Virus record (IMG/VR): IMGVR_UViG_3300042397_003635
Reading direction: 5' to 3' (one strand)
Length of the DNA stretch: 64,000 nt
Origin: a virus
Lineage: Duplodnaviria > Caudoviricetes
In this document: positions 54,839-63,983 of the stretch, in pieces
Position numbering within the stretch: the stretch's first letter is position 1
Layout: every line of letters begins with the position of its first letter
Position numbers and translations under genes: made by a program
Notes under the pieces: generated by a model
Told to the model about the DNA's origin: nothing
The model's database searches: none
What the model saw: only the letters and a program-made list of their open reading frames with translations

Positions 54839-55784
54839 ATGAATGTTTGGGCTGTACCTTTATAGTATATTTAACCTCAAGGTCCAACAAATTATTCATA
54901 CACTCAACAAAGTCTGCAGTGTGCAGATTTAATACACTTTGATAATTGTCTTTTCTATATCCTCCAAAAAGAGCGCAACTTACGGGAAGATGTCGCCCTA
55001 ATTTTTCATCCATTGATTTTACCCAATTCCAAAAAATTGTAGAGCACTCTAGCCATTGTTCAGTTGAACACTGGAATCCTAAATCATCCCATTCATGCGA
55101 ATCTGCTCCATGGCACCATACAACATATCCAATCCGACCGTCTATAATAGCTTCTTCTAGGTTTTGCAAATTCCATTTTAGATCATTGATATAAATTTGG
55201 CCTCTTCCAGTTGGATTAATATTAAATTCTTTTGGAACGGCCCTGTTTAAATCCTTGACAAAATCTCTAGAATCTTCAATTGAATTTCCAAAATGGCCAT
55301 CTAAATCTAAATATGCACCGCTTATACCAAATTCTTCTAGGATTTTAATTGATGCAATAACTTGGCCGCTAAACGTACAAAAGCCGCTTCCTCCAGTTGG
55401 TCGAGCATGGTGAAATCCGCTAGTTGGACTAAAGTGAACTTGATCTGGTTCTAATATAGATCCTTTTATTGCAGCGTGCAGTGATGCATTAGTGTAGCGA
55501 ACAGAGTCTGCGAATTGAGTAGACCAATCTAGACCATTTGATTCGCAGCCATTTTGACCACTAAAAAATGAATTGACATATTGTTTGTTGTGGGCAATTT
55601 TAAAATCCTTATTTGTATATGGGGTAAAATCTTCAACTATTTCAAAATGTTTAATTAGTCCCTCTGCTTCAAAATTTTCAAGTAACCTCTTTGGCTTTAG
55701 CGGAGACTTACTAAAATTGCCTCCAGAGTCCTTTGCCAAGACCTGTTTAGGTGAATAGTGTACTTTAATTGTGTTTTTTCTCAT
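54816..55784 (-). CDS. Histone-deacetylase-family (Zn-dependent, AcuC/HdaH-like) protein
   Basis: GFHHA, GSGFCTFSG, YLDLDGHFGNS, GADSHEWDDLG, LFGGY. Confidence 0.9.
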   Translation of the reverse strand: MRKNTIKVHYSPKQVLAKDSGGNFSKSPLKPKRLLENFEAEGLIKHFEIVEDFTPYTNKDFKIAHNKQYVNSFFSGQNGCESNGLDWSTQFADSVRYTNASLHAAIKGSILEPDQVHFSPTSGFHHARPTGGSGFCTFSGQVIASIKILEEFGISGAYLDLDGHFGNSIEDSRDFVKDLNRAVPKEFNINPTGRGQIYINDLKWNLQNLEEAIIDGRIGYVVWCHGADSHEWDDLGFQCSTEQWLECSTIFWNWVKSMDEKLGRHLPVSCALFGGYRKDNYQSVLNLHTADFVECMNNLLDLEVKYTIKVQPKHSYGKAALV

Positions 55785-55967
55785 AATCCTTGTAATACTG
55801 TAATACTAGAAATGGCCGAGACCAACTGGTCTAAGCTTTCTATAGTTAATAATACCAAAAAATCTGTAAAAGTGGCACCTGGGTATTCATATTCAATTAT
55901 ACCCTCCAGCTGCTCCAGGGCTACCCTGGTGACTGCCAGGGACTCATTTGGAACCCTAATTAGGTAA

Positions 55968-56705
55968 CTAGTCCTCATCGTCATCATCGTCCAGGAGGTC
56001 ATCTGTATTATCGAGTTCGATCTCTTTCTTTAAGAGCTCCATTTCTTCAACATATTCCATTAATTCAGAAAACGATAGTTTAGATTCTTTATTTAGTTCA
56101 TCAATCATTTGCTGTTTATCTTCTGGCGATCCATATCTAGAAATCTCAGAAAGAAATCCAGAAATAATATCAAATAGTGTCCATCTGCGCTCAGCCTCAA
56201 CTGCAATTTGATAAGTTCTATCATCTGGTATATCAAGTGCAGTTTGCTCGCATATAGTAAATTGACAAATATCTCTTAATCTAATAAAATCTAACTCTGT
56301 AACTACATCTGAGTCACTACCCTGAATTGCGCTTATTCCAAGAATATTTGGAACAATATCTAAAATTGTCATATCTGAGGCAGCAATCATTCTAACCTTC
56401 CATGCAAGTTCAACATAGTCAATCGCTGGCGATTTAATTGATAAAATTTGAGTTTCTTGTAAAAATAGATCAAACTCTACTCCATTTAAATATCCATCAA
56501 ATACCTGGTTAATTTCATCAGTAAAGTCTCCAAGAACCTCCAAAAAGGTTTTGATTGTAATATTTTCGTCAAACTCGGCAAAATATCCAAAAAAGCTCGA
56601 AAGTCTTCCTGTAATTTGGGTTTGATTGGTTGGCTGGTTTGTGGTCAAATCCCAGTCAACTAGATAGAACCCGTCCTGCTTTATTAAAATACTTTTGTGT
56701 AACAC
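55968..56705 (-). CDS. Hypothetical acidic protein
   Basis: 245 aa ORF. Confidence 0.6.
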   Translation of the reverse strand: MLHKSILIKQDGFYLVDWDLTTNQPTNQTQITGRLSSFFGYFAEFDENITIKTFLEVLGDFTDEINQVFDGYLNGVEFDLFLQETQILSIKSPAIDYVELAWKVRMIAASDMTILDIVPNILGISAIQGSDSDVVTELDFIRLRDICQFTICEQTALDIPDDRTYQIAVEAERRWTLFDIISGFLSEISRYGSPEDKQQMIDELNKESKLSFSELMEYVEEMELLKKEIELDNTDDLLDDDDDED

Positions 56706-56785
56706 TTACAATTAAAGTTTGTTTTTTATACTCTAGAAAAAGGGTTTGAACCCAAATAAATATCTATAGAAATATTTAATAACTT

Positions 56786-58600
56786 ATGCACAAATCATTC
56801 CTAGACCTAGTATTAGAGTCAAATCAGATTGAGGAAATGGCCCTAAAGCCAGAAGATTTTCCAGATACCTATCTCAAAAAGGCAAAGGATCGTCAAGCTA
56901 TCGCTAGAGAAATTGCTCCACTTGCTAAACAGTTTCAAGAAGCTTTAGTTAATTTAAATTGGAGAGAAATTACTTGGTCAACTAGAGGAAGTAACTATTA
57001 TCCAATCTTACCTGCTCCAATTTTGGCAATTTATGCTGAAGCAAAAGGTAAAATTGGTGGAAATGGCGATTCATTTATTAATAATTATATGAATAACAAT
57101 TTTGGTAAATGGGCTGATGCAAATAACCAAAGTGACTGTATTCATATGGAAGTAGACTCAAGTGGTCGTTCACACTTTCCAGGCGGAGGAATTCCAAGTT
57201 CGCTTAGAGGAGCTAGACTTGGTTATAAGTTGTATAGAGGTCTTCTTGAACAAAAGAAATGGTTAAAATCAAATACTGCTGGGACACTAGAAAAAGATAA
57301 TGCTTGGGCATCTTTAATTTCTCCAAAATTAAATGCAGATGGATCTCTTAGTGATGATGATGTACATGCAATTCTTGGACCAGACTGTGTGTTTGCAATG
57401 GTTAAAACAATATCTAATGATCAAAAAATTAGATTTGCAACAAGTTTCCTAGATAATAATATTAGTTATAGTTCAGTTAATACCAGAAATTTTGGAATTG
57501 ATGATGAACTTAAAGCAATTTTGCCAGCTGAGCTGATGTCAAGGTTTGACCCAGCAGAGCGTGAACGTCTTGAAAGAGAACGTCGAGAAAGAGAACAAAG
57601 GGAACAGGCCGAAAGGGCGCGTCAATATGGGATTGATCGAGGAATTCAATGGGAAGATCAGCCTGAAGTCGGAGACCTTGTTTATGTTAGAAACTATGCT
57701 GCAAATAGAGACACCAGTATTCCAATGAGAATTATTGTTGGTGAAAGAGGCGGAAGTGTTTACGCTATAAACCTTGTACATTTCCTAATGTGGAGAGATC
57801 AACTAAATTCTGATATGAGCGAACTTGGTGGATTTGATACTAGAAGCTGTTCTAATAATCCTCAATCAATTAAAGAATATTTTGTTAAAGTAGATCCTGC
57901 ACAAATTCCAGGTTTAGAAGAAGATTCAACAGTTGTTCGTAGTAGATATTCAACGTCAGAATGGCAACAAGTTAAAGATCTTATCTTAAGTATGGTTGAT
58001 CCAGAACTTGCAGCTAGAATGAGAGCAGAACGCGAAGAAAGAGAACGTACAGAAAGAGAAGAGCGTGAAAGAGCTGAAGCAGAAAGACAAGCTCAACGCG
58101 CACAAAATGAAGAAAGATTTGGACCAAGCGTAGATAATTTCCAAGATGCCCAATATAAAGAGGCTCTAGACGGTCGTAACCCTGGCGGAACTTATATTGC
58201 TAAAATATTTAAGAGAGGCCAAATTACAGATATTGCACTTTCACCAGATCAACTAGATCGATTTAACAGAAGAAAATCAACTCCAGTATTTTTACCAGCA
58301 AGAAATGCTTATTGGAATTCAATAAATGGATTTAAGATTGATGAACCAATCGATGGATTGGGACTTACTCGATTCCGTTTAGAAAGATTTGATAGCAAAC
58401 GAGCAACCACTCCAAATGAAATGCTTTATATTGCATCGCATAATACTTATTATGGTTTAGTTGCGCCAGTTGATTACTTTGTATTCAATCAATCAAGAAA
58501 CGAAGAATACATTTACCTAAGAGTGTTTGATAACACTACCGGTAGAGCAAGAAAAATTGCAATTAAGGTTGCAGCTCTAAGAAAAATTGTTGCTTATTAA
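56786..58600 (+). CDS. Putative internal head protein with GNAT-like N-terminal motif and E/R coiled coils
   Basis: MHKSFLDLVLES; IPSSLRGARLGYKLY; AATAAATA at 56755. Confidence 0.5.
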   Translation: MHKSFLDLVLESNQIEEMALKPEDFPDTYLKKAKDRQAIAREIAPLAKQFQEALVNLNWREITWSTRGSNYYPILPAPILAIYAEAKGKIGGNGDSFINNYMNNNFGKWADANNQSDCIHMEVDSSGRSHFPGGGIPSSLRGARLGYKLYRGLLEQKKWLKSNTAGTLEKDNAWASLISPKLNADGSLSDDDVHAILGPDCVFAMVKTISNDQKIRFATSFLDNNISYSSVNTRNFGIDDELKAILPAELMSRFDPAERERLERERREREQREQAERARQYGIDRGIQWEDQPEVGDLVYVRNYAANRDTSIPMRIIVGERGGSVYAINLVHFLMWRDQLNSDMSELGGFDTRSCSNNPQSIKEYFVKVDPAQIPGLEEDSTVVRSRYSTSEWQQVKDLILSMVDPELAARMRAEREERERTEREERERAEAERQAQRAQNEERFGPSVDNFQDAQYKEALDGRNPGGTYIAKIFKRGQITDIALSPDQLDRFNRRKSTPVFLPARNAYWNSINGFKIDEPIDGLGLTRFRLERFDSKRATTPNEMLYIASHNTYYGLVAPVDYFVFNQSRNEEYIYLRVFDNTTGRARKIAIKVAALRKIVAY

Positions 58601-59352
58601 TTAATAGGAAACATTTCGTAGAATTTCTCAAGTCTCTCTAAGAATTTATTATAATACAATTTAAGATCCTCAGTATTCATTTCGAAATATTGAGGGTCCA
58701 TTGTTTGCTCGTTAGAGATCCAAATCTGTGCTTGAGAAATCTTAATTTTATGTCGATCCCAAACGGCAACTGCATATGCTGCAACTTGGTGTTTATAATC
58801 TTCAATCCACTCTTCCTTTTTAGGTTTACGTGCAGTTTTAAAATCAATTACAGCATAGGTACCATCAACTAATTCTGAAACATTATCGACTGTTCCAGCA
58901 TAACCGCCATTTCTGTGAGTCCACAAAAATTCTTCTTGCATTACAGTTCTTTTAATTCTGTCAAACGAACCAGATCGAATATAATTATAGAACATCATTC
59001 CGCCTACAATTTTAGCACGATTGTCTTGTTTATCAATTTCTTCGTCTAATCGGGTAAGCGCTAGGGTTTCTTCCAATCTATTTTGAGTAGTCATTGATCC
59101 AGGAAGATTAAGATAAATCTCACAAAGCCTGTGCATAATATTACCTCGGTCTAGAGCATTTTGACTAATACGATTAGCCTCAGCTTCACCAACTCGTTCT
59201 TTCCATTTATCAATACCTGTAGTATCTGCGGTGGATCCTAAAACTGTAGTTACACTTGGAAATGGGCCTAATTGACCATGTTCTTCAGAATTTACTTGGT
59301 AATATCGTTTGTTATTAAGCGTTACTCGCTTGATTGTGTCTCTAGTTTGCAT
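58597..59352 (-). CDS. PD-(D/E)xK exonuclease (Cas4/lambda-exo-like)
   Basis: PSVTTVL, RGNIMH, YAGTVD, VIDFKT, QVAAYA. Confidence 0.85.
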   Translation of the reverse strand: MQTRDTIKRVTLNNKRYYQVNSEEHGQLGPFPSVTTVLGSTADTTGIDKWKERVGEAEANRISQNALDRGNIMHRLCEIYLNLPGSMTTQNRLEETLALTRLDEEIDKQDNRAKIVGGMMFYNYIRSGSFDRIKRTVMQEEFLWTHRNGGYAGTVDNVSELVDGTYAVIDFKTARKPKKEEWIEDYKHQVAAYAVAVWDRHKIKISQAQIWISNEQTMDPQYFEMNTEDLKLYYNKFLERLEKFYEMFPIN

Positions 59353-59951
59353 TTTAATTCTTCTATCTTGTCAATCATCCAATCGGCGTTGACGGGTTTA
59401 TAACCTGTTATACACGCACAAGCTGACATAGTTCCCGCTAATGGGTGAACGTGAGCGTGTGAGTGTCCATATAAGTGATAGGCTCCACGATATTTACCAT
59501 TCCATTCGTAAAGAGGATAGTGGAATAGGACAAATCTTTTAAGACCCCATTCGCTATCATCTTTAATCATAATTTCTTTGTAGTTTGTAAATTCTACAAT
59601 ATCCATTACTGAGCTTAAATTATAGAGCCATGCTTGATCTATGTGAAGATCGTGGTTTCCAATAATCCAGTGAACTTTTCCAGGAAGTTTTCCAAACTTT
59701 CCTAGGTTTTCACGAATGTGTTTGAATTTAGTTCGCTCCATTGCAAGATCACCTAAGAAAAAAACGTGATCATCCGGTCCTACCGCTTCATGCCAGTTTT
59801 TGGCAATTGCATGATCGTGTTCTTTTATATCAGAAAAGTTGTGTAAGCCTTGTTCAAATCGTAAGACATTTCCATGTCCTATGTGTAAATCGCTAATGAA
59901 CCAAGTTGTGGCTCTGTCAAATGTGTTTTCTGTACTAAATATTTGTTCCAT
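59322..59951 (-). CDS. Calcineurin-like metallophosphoesterase
   Basis: SDLHIGH, LGDL, GNHD, HYP, GHSH. Confidence 0.9.
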   Translation of the reverse strand: MEQIFSTENTFDRATTWFISDLHIGHGNVLRFEQGLHNFSDIKEHDHAIAKNWHEAVGPDDHVFFLGDLAMERTKFKHIRENLGKFGKLPGKVHWIIGNHDLHIDQAWLYNLSSVMDIVEFTNYKEIMIKDDSEWGLKRFVLFHYPLYEWNGKYRGAYHLYGHSHAHVHPLAGTMSACACITGYKPVNADWMIDKIEELKCKLETQSSE

Positions 59952-61011
59952 CTAATAGTTTATTACTAACATACTCGAATGCAGTTTCAGCGTCGTGCAT
60001 TACTTTATCTTTCTGTTGGTTAGCTAAATCAGTTAAGGCTTTATCGTATTTGGATGAGGTTCTGTGTTTATGCAGTTTTTGTGCATAGATCTTAACAACT
60101 TCTTCTAAAAATTCCTTTGAACTATTATACTTAAAATTTGGTAAATCGTATGTACCAGTTTTTTCAAGAGTTCTGGCAAATCCTAAAATTCCATTACAGA
60201 TTTGTTCAAGTGAAAGTTGAGTTACATCAATTCCAGGGTGTTCATTTAGATAATCATCAATTACAAGTTCGCGTTTAGTACCTGCAAACTCATCAACAAA
60301 TTCTGCAAGGTGAAGAATAAATTTAGAAAAATCTCTAGTAATAATTTTTTCTTCAACGTCTTTGCGCATATTAGGTCCAACTAATTCGCCATTCTTAATT
60401 TTAGCAACAACTCCACGATCTGTAACTGAAACATCGAGCGCATTACCAAATGATTGATATAGGAACCCTACAACAAATCCTTTTACACCTCTAATTGGAG
60501 TATATCTAGATTTTGCCCATTCTGCAGAATAGGTAAAAGTTGGAATAATATCTACCTGAACTGGGCCGTCTTTCAAATTAATTACAAGTTTAAGACTACC
60601 GTCAGAAATTGCATCGCTTTCTTCTGCATCAATTTCGGGTTGGGGATTTTCTTGAATCCACTTTAACATAAGTTGATTGTACTCTTTCATTGTATCAATT
60701 TCAACTCTCCTTGATTGAGGTTCAGTTAAAGGATATTCAACTAAAATATCAACATCACCATATGCTTTATCTGGGTTTTCTGTCATGTCTTGTTTAAAAT
60801 AAACACCAGATCCACCTGGACCGAGCACTTTTAGTGGAGCCATTTCTAGTGACTTTGCGTACTTATTAAATTTAGAAAAAATCATTTCTAAAACTGAGAC
60901 AGATTCTTCCAGCACAGCTGGCGTAATTTTAGTCCCCTGAGTTTTTGTGGTTGCCCAACCTCCCATTTCCTGTATTTTTAAAAATCCTTGAAAAGATTCA
61001 ATAATTCTCAC
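59935..61011 (-). CDS. Nucleotidyltransferase-like protein with capsid-targeting-like N-terminus
   Basis: GSG..YGDVDILVE..VQVDII; starts MRIIESFQGFLKIQE; late promoter at 61031-61039. Confidence 0.55.
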   Translation of the reverse strand: MRIIESFQGFLKIQEMGGWATTKTQGTKITPAVLEESVSVLEMIFSKFNKYAKSLEMAPLKVLGPGGSGVYFKQDMTENPDKAYGDVDILVEYPLTEPQSRRVEIDTMKEYNQLMLKWIQENPQPEIDAEESDAISDGSLKLVINLKDGPVQVDIIPTFTYSAEWAKSRYTPIRGVKGFVVGFLYQSFGNALDVSVTDRGVVAKIKNGELVGPNMRKDVEEKIITRDFSKFILHLAEFVDEFAGTKRELVIDDYLNEHPGIDVTQLSLEQICNGILGFARTLEKTGTYDLPNFKYNSSKEFLEEVVKIYAQKLHKHRTSSKYDKALTDLANQQKDKVMHDAETAFEYVSNKLLDGTNI

Positions 61012-61030
61012 TGTAATTAAGTAATTTTAG

Positions 61031-61588
61031 TTATTTATCGAAACCTAGCTTCTTTAGCTCTGCAATAGTTTCCTTGGCACTAGTATGTAAAATGCCAGTT
61101 CCACCGGCTGCAATCCAAGCATCAAGTTTCTTTGGCGTATCATCAATTAAAATATCCTGAGGCCCTGTTGCAAATTCAAATTTGTTACCATAGAAAATAG
61201 TCTTTTCTTTACCTGTCCAGTCTTCCTTTTTTGTAATATATGGAAAATCCCAATTTAAATTTTTCTTAAGCCATTTAGCTTTACCGGTAATTGACTTTGG
61301 ATCAAGCGACGGTGAAGATAAGATAGTTGGGTTAAACTTTCTAATAAAAGACCAAAGGTCAATACCATCAGTCATCCATTCCATGCCTGCCCAAAACTCT
61401 TCTCCGGCTTTTCCAACAAGTTTCCAACTTGCATTTTTTGAATATTCCCTTTGAAATTCTTCGATAGTCATGCCAGCCTCCTTTTCAAACTGGGAATCCC
61501 AATCTGAAAGTACTCCATCCATGTCGCAAAAGATTCTCATCGGTTGAGCGCTCTCGTTAAATTGTGTGTATGGTTTAATGTATTGCAT
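61031..61588 (-). CDS. 5'(3')-deoxyribonucleotidase (HAD, NT5C-like) with capsid-targeting-like N-terminus
   Basis: IFCDMDGVL, ILSSP, ILIDD, GGTGILH; starts MQYIKPYTQFNESA. Confidence 0.8.
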   Translation of the reverse strand: MQYIKPYTQFNESAQPMRIFCDMDGVLSDWDSQFEKEAGMTIEEFQREYSKNASWKLVGKAGEEFWAGMEWMTDGIDLWSFIRKFNPTILSSPSLDPKSITGKAKWLKKNLNWDFPYITKKEDWTGKEKTIFYGNKFEFATGPQDILIDDTPKKLDAWIAAGGTGILHTSAKETIAELKKLGFDK

Positions 61589-61595
61589 ATTATAT

Positions 61596-62396
61596 TTATT
61601 GTTGTAGACTTGGAACCCAATGTGTAGTTCTGCCGTCTGCAGTTTTTTCTCTAATTACTGTATTTCCATGAGGATCTTCTTTTTTTCCATATACCTCAAA
61701 TTCAAAAACAAAGTCTCCCGATTCTCCAGTAACTTGCTGATAATTTCTAATACTTGCTCCGCCCTGTGCGTATGATACCCTACTAATTAATTTAGAATAG
61801 TCCCATAGTAATTGAATCTCATTATCGGTAAGATCCTTAACCAATCTATGTGGGGAAATCTTAGAACGATATAGCATTTCACATTTAATATAGTTTCCAA
61901 TTCCTGCAAAAAGTCTCTGATCCATTAGTGCTTCTACAACAGTTTTATTTGGAACCCTCTCAAATGATCTAAGCGTATTATAAACAGATGCAGTTGTATC
62001 ATTTAGTGCATCGACTCCTAGGGTTTTTAATTTTGCGTCTAACTCAACCTTACTTGCAAATTTAAGAGTACCGAATCGGCGCTGATCAATAAAAAATAGT
62101 TCAAGACCATCATCAAATACAAGTTTAATATGCGCATGGGGTTTTTGATAGATTGACCAAAATCCGCTCATTCCCAATGTAATCCAGATAGACATGGCGC
62201 CTTCCAATTCTAACCAGATGAATTTGCCTTTAACTCCACCGCCAACTACCTCCAGGGGCAGCTCCAGGGCTCCCAGGCCAACTGGGGGAGTCTTTAAGAA
62301 TCGACCGCCAAGTATGTCTACCCTAGCTAGTTTTTTATTAATTGTGTAATTTAGCAAACCTTCATATACGCGTCTGCACTCTGGTCCTTCTGGCAT
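61596..62396 (-). CDS. Fpg/Nei DNA glycosylase (zincless finger)
   Basis: MPEGPE, KGKFIW, LGMSG, DQRRFG, AGIGNYIKCEML (H2TH); C-terminus lacks the four Cys. Confidence 0.9.
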   Translation of the reverse strand: MPEGPECRRVYEGLLNYTINKKLARVDILGGRFLKTPPVGLGALELPLEVVGGGVKGKFIWLELEGAMSIWITLGMSGFWSIYQKPHAHIKLVFDDGLELFFIDQRRFGTLKFASKVELDAKLKTLGVDALNDTTASVYNTLRSFERVPNKTVVEALMDQRLFAGIGNYIKCEMLYRSKISPHRLVKDLTDNEIQLLWDYSKLISRVSYAQGGASIRNYQQVTGESGDFVFEFEVYGKKEDPHGNTVIREKTADGRTTHWVPSLQQ

Positions 62397-62461
62397 ATCC
62401 TATTTTTTGATATTATACCCAATTCGCGCAAATAAATAACTACAAAATAGATCTATTTAAA

Positions 62462-62890
62462 ATGATTTACAATTTCAAAGATTTCGTTACTAAGGTTGAC
62501 GAAAACGTAAACTCTGAAGAGTTTTTAAACAAATTTGGTTTAACTGAAGAAGAAGATGCAACAGCAGCAGACGCTCCAGTTGAAGATGCACCAGAAGAAG
62601 ACGCTCCAGTTGCTGACGAAGCTGCTGATTTAGAAGCTTTCAAAAAGGAACACCTTGATGTAATGTTCAATGAACTTTCATCTGATGACTTTGATTCATT
62701 CTATTCTTCAGAATTCAAAGAGTGGAAAGAAATGGAAGATGGTGAAGACAAAGAAGCTAAAAAAGAAGAACTCCTTACTAAAATCAAGGATATGTTCCAA
62801 TTAGGTGAAGAAGACAAAGAAGAAGCTCCAGCAGAAGACGAAGCACCAGCTGAAGATGAGCCGGCAGCAGAAGAAGCGCCAGAAGCATAA
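62462..62890 (+). CDS. Highly acidic putative prohead core/internal protein
   Basis: MIYNFKDFVTKVDEN; EDAP repeats; AATAAATA at 62431. Confidence 0.55.
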   Translation: MIYNFKDFVTKVDENVNSEEFLNKFGLTEEEDATAADAPVEDAPEEDAPVADEAADLEAFKKEHLDVMFNELSSDDFDSFYSSEFKEWKEMEDGEDKEAKKEELLTKIKDMFQLGEEDKEEAPAEDEAPAEDEPAAEEAPEA

Positions 62891-62903
62891 TTAAATTTTT
62901 CCT

Positions 62904-63311
62904 ATGAAATCTCAACAAAAAGCAAAGCTTAAAGAAGAGGGTATTAAAATTGTTGAATTTGCAAAAGCAAATAAGAGCAAATGGCGCTATATTTTATATG
63001 TAATTGGCGGTCTTATTGTTCTTTATGGGTTAATTTATGTTTTTACTCCAAAGCCACAAATGCCAGTAGAGTATAAAGCAATAATTGATTCATTAACTGT
63101 TGCAAATAAAGAATTAGAAGCAAAACAACTAAAGATTGATAGTTCAATTCAAGTTTATGAAACTGAAGTAAAGGCTATTGATTTCCAAGTTGATCACATT
63201 AAAGAAAGGACTACAATTATTCGTGAATATTATCATGAACAAAGCGCAGCAGCTTCTAGTTATACACCAACTCAAATTGATTCCTTCTTTAAAGCTAGAT
63301 ACAATTATTAA
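62904..63311 (+). CDS. TM-anchored coiled-coil protein (i-spanin-like)
   Basis: N-terminal TM segment followed by a long coiled coil. Confidence 0.45.
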   Translation: MKSQQKAKLKEEGIKIVEFAKANKSKWRYILYVIGGLIVLYGLIYVFTPKPQMPVEYKAIIDSLTVANKELEAKQLKIDSSIQVYETEVKAIDFQVDHIKERTTIIREYYHEQSAAASSYTPTQIDSFFKARYNY

Positions 63312-63312
63312 T

Positions 63313-63714
63313 ATGAAGAAATTACTTTTTATAATTGCACTATTTCCAGTTTTTGCGTTTGCTCAAACTGCACCACAGGACACGGTTAAAATTCCAGCAC
63401 CTGTTGCAAAGCAGATTGTTAAGGATTTAATTGGTGGTGATAGCGCAAAGGCTGAACTTAAACTTGCAAATGAACAATTAGTTTTACTTAATCAAAAGAT
63501 TGTGCTAAAAGATAGTATCATTTCAGGTCATGTTCAAAAGGGTGTTATGTACGAAGATCGTATTAAAAATGAGCAATTGAAATTTGAAACTCAGGGTTTA
63601 TGGGTTAAAGATCTTCAAAAGCAAAATAAGAAGCTTAAAACTAAATTAACCTTTACTAAAATTATTAGTGGAATTTTGGTTGGTAGTTTAGGATATCTTT
63701 ATATCATGAAATAA
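63313..63714 (+). CDS. Signal-peptide coiled-coil protein with C-terminal TM (spanin-partner-like)
   Basis: Start moved to MKKLLFII; C-terminal IISGILVGSLGYLYI. Confidence 0.45.
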   Translation: MKKLLFIIALFPVFAFAQTAPQDTVKIPAPVAKQIVKDLIGGDSAKAELKLANEQLVLLNQKIVLKDSIISGHVQKGVMYEDRIKNEQLKFETQGLWVKDLQKQNKKLKTKLTFTKIISGILVGSLGYLYIMK

Positions 63715-63732
63715 GACAAACCTTATTAAATT

Positions 63733-63770
63733 AAAAAAGGGACAGCTTTTCAGTTGTCCCTTTCTTTTTT
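63733..63770. terminator. Bidirectional terminator
   Basis: AAAAAAGGGACAGC-TTTTCA-GTTGTCCCTTTCTTTTTT. Confidence 0.75.
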
Positions 63771-63785
63771 ACATGGCATGCAAGA

Positions 63786-63983
63786 TTATTCGATAATTCC
63801 AAGGATTTTGGATTCTTGAACAGACTCAACAGTCATTGCTGAAATTCCATCTCCAAATCTAGCTCGGATTTTAGCTTCTGCATCAGATACAGAGTTAGCA
63901 CTTACAACATACAATTCTTTAATGAATTTACGTTTACCACTTTCGGTTTCGGTCTCAAATTTGATTCTTACTAAATAATACAT
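63786..63983 (-). CDS. DUF4494-like protein (Bacteroidota family)
   Basis: YLVRIKFETETESGKRKFIKELYVVSANSVSDAEAKI. Confidence 0.7.
   Translation of the reverse strand: MYYLVRIKFETETESGKRKFIKELYVVSANSVSDAEAKIRARFGDGISAMTVESVQESKILGIIE

Noticed and set aside
719-55967. Short opposite-strand ORFs in the track (e.g. 719-928, 3643-3906, 4475-4663, 6437-6721, 9311-9580, 24027-24305, 25198-25437, 34730-35026, 37474-37776, 55781-56002)
   Set aside because: Shadows of better-supported genes or of repeat DNA, with no family motifs or promoters
58597-59352. Cas4 of a CRISPR system
   Set aside because: No Fe-S Cys cluster, no array and no other cas genes; a common phage PD-(D/E)xK exonuclease
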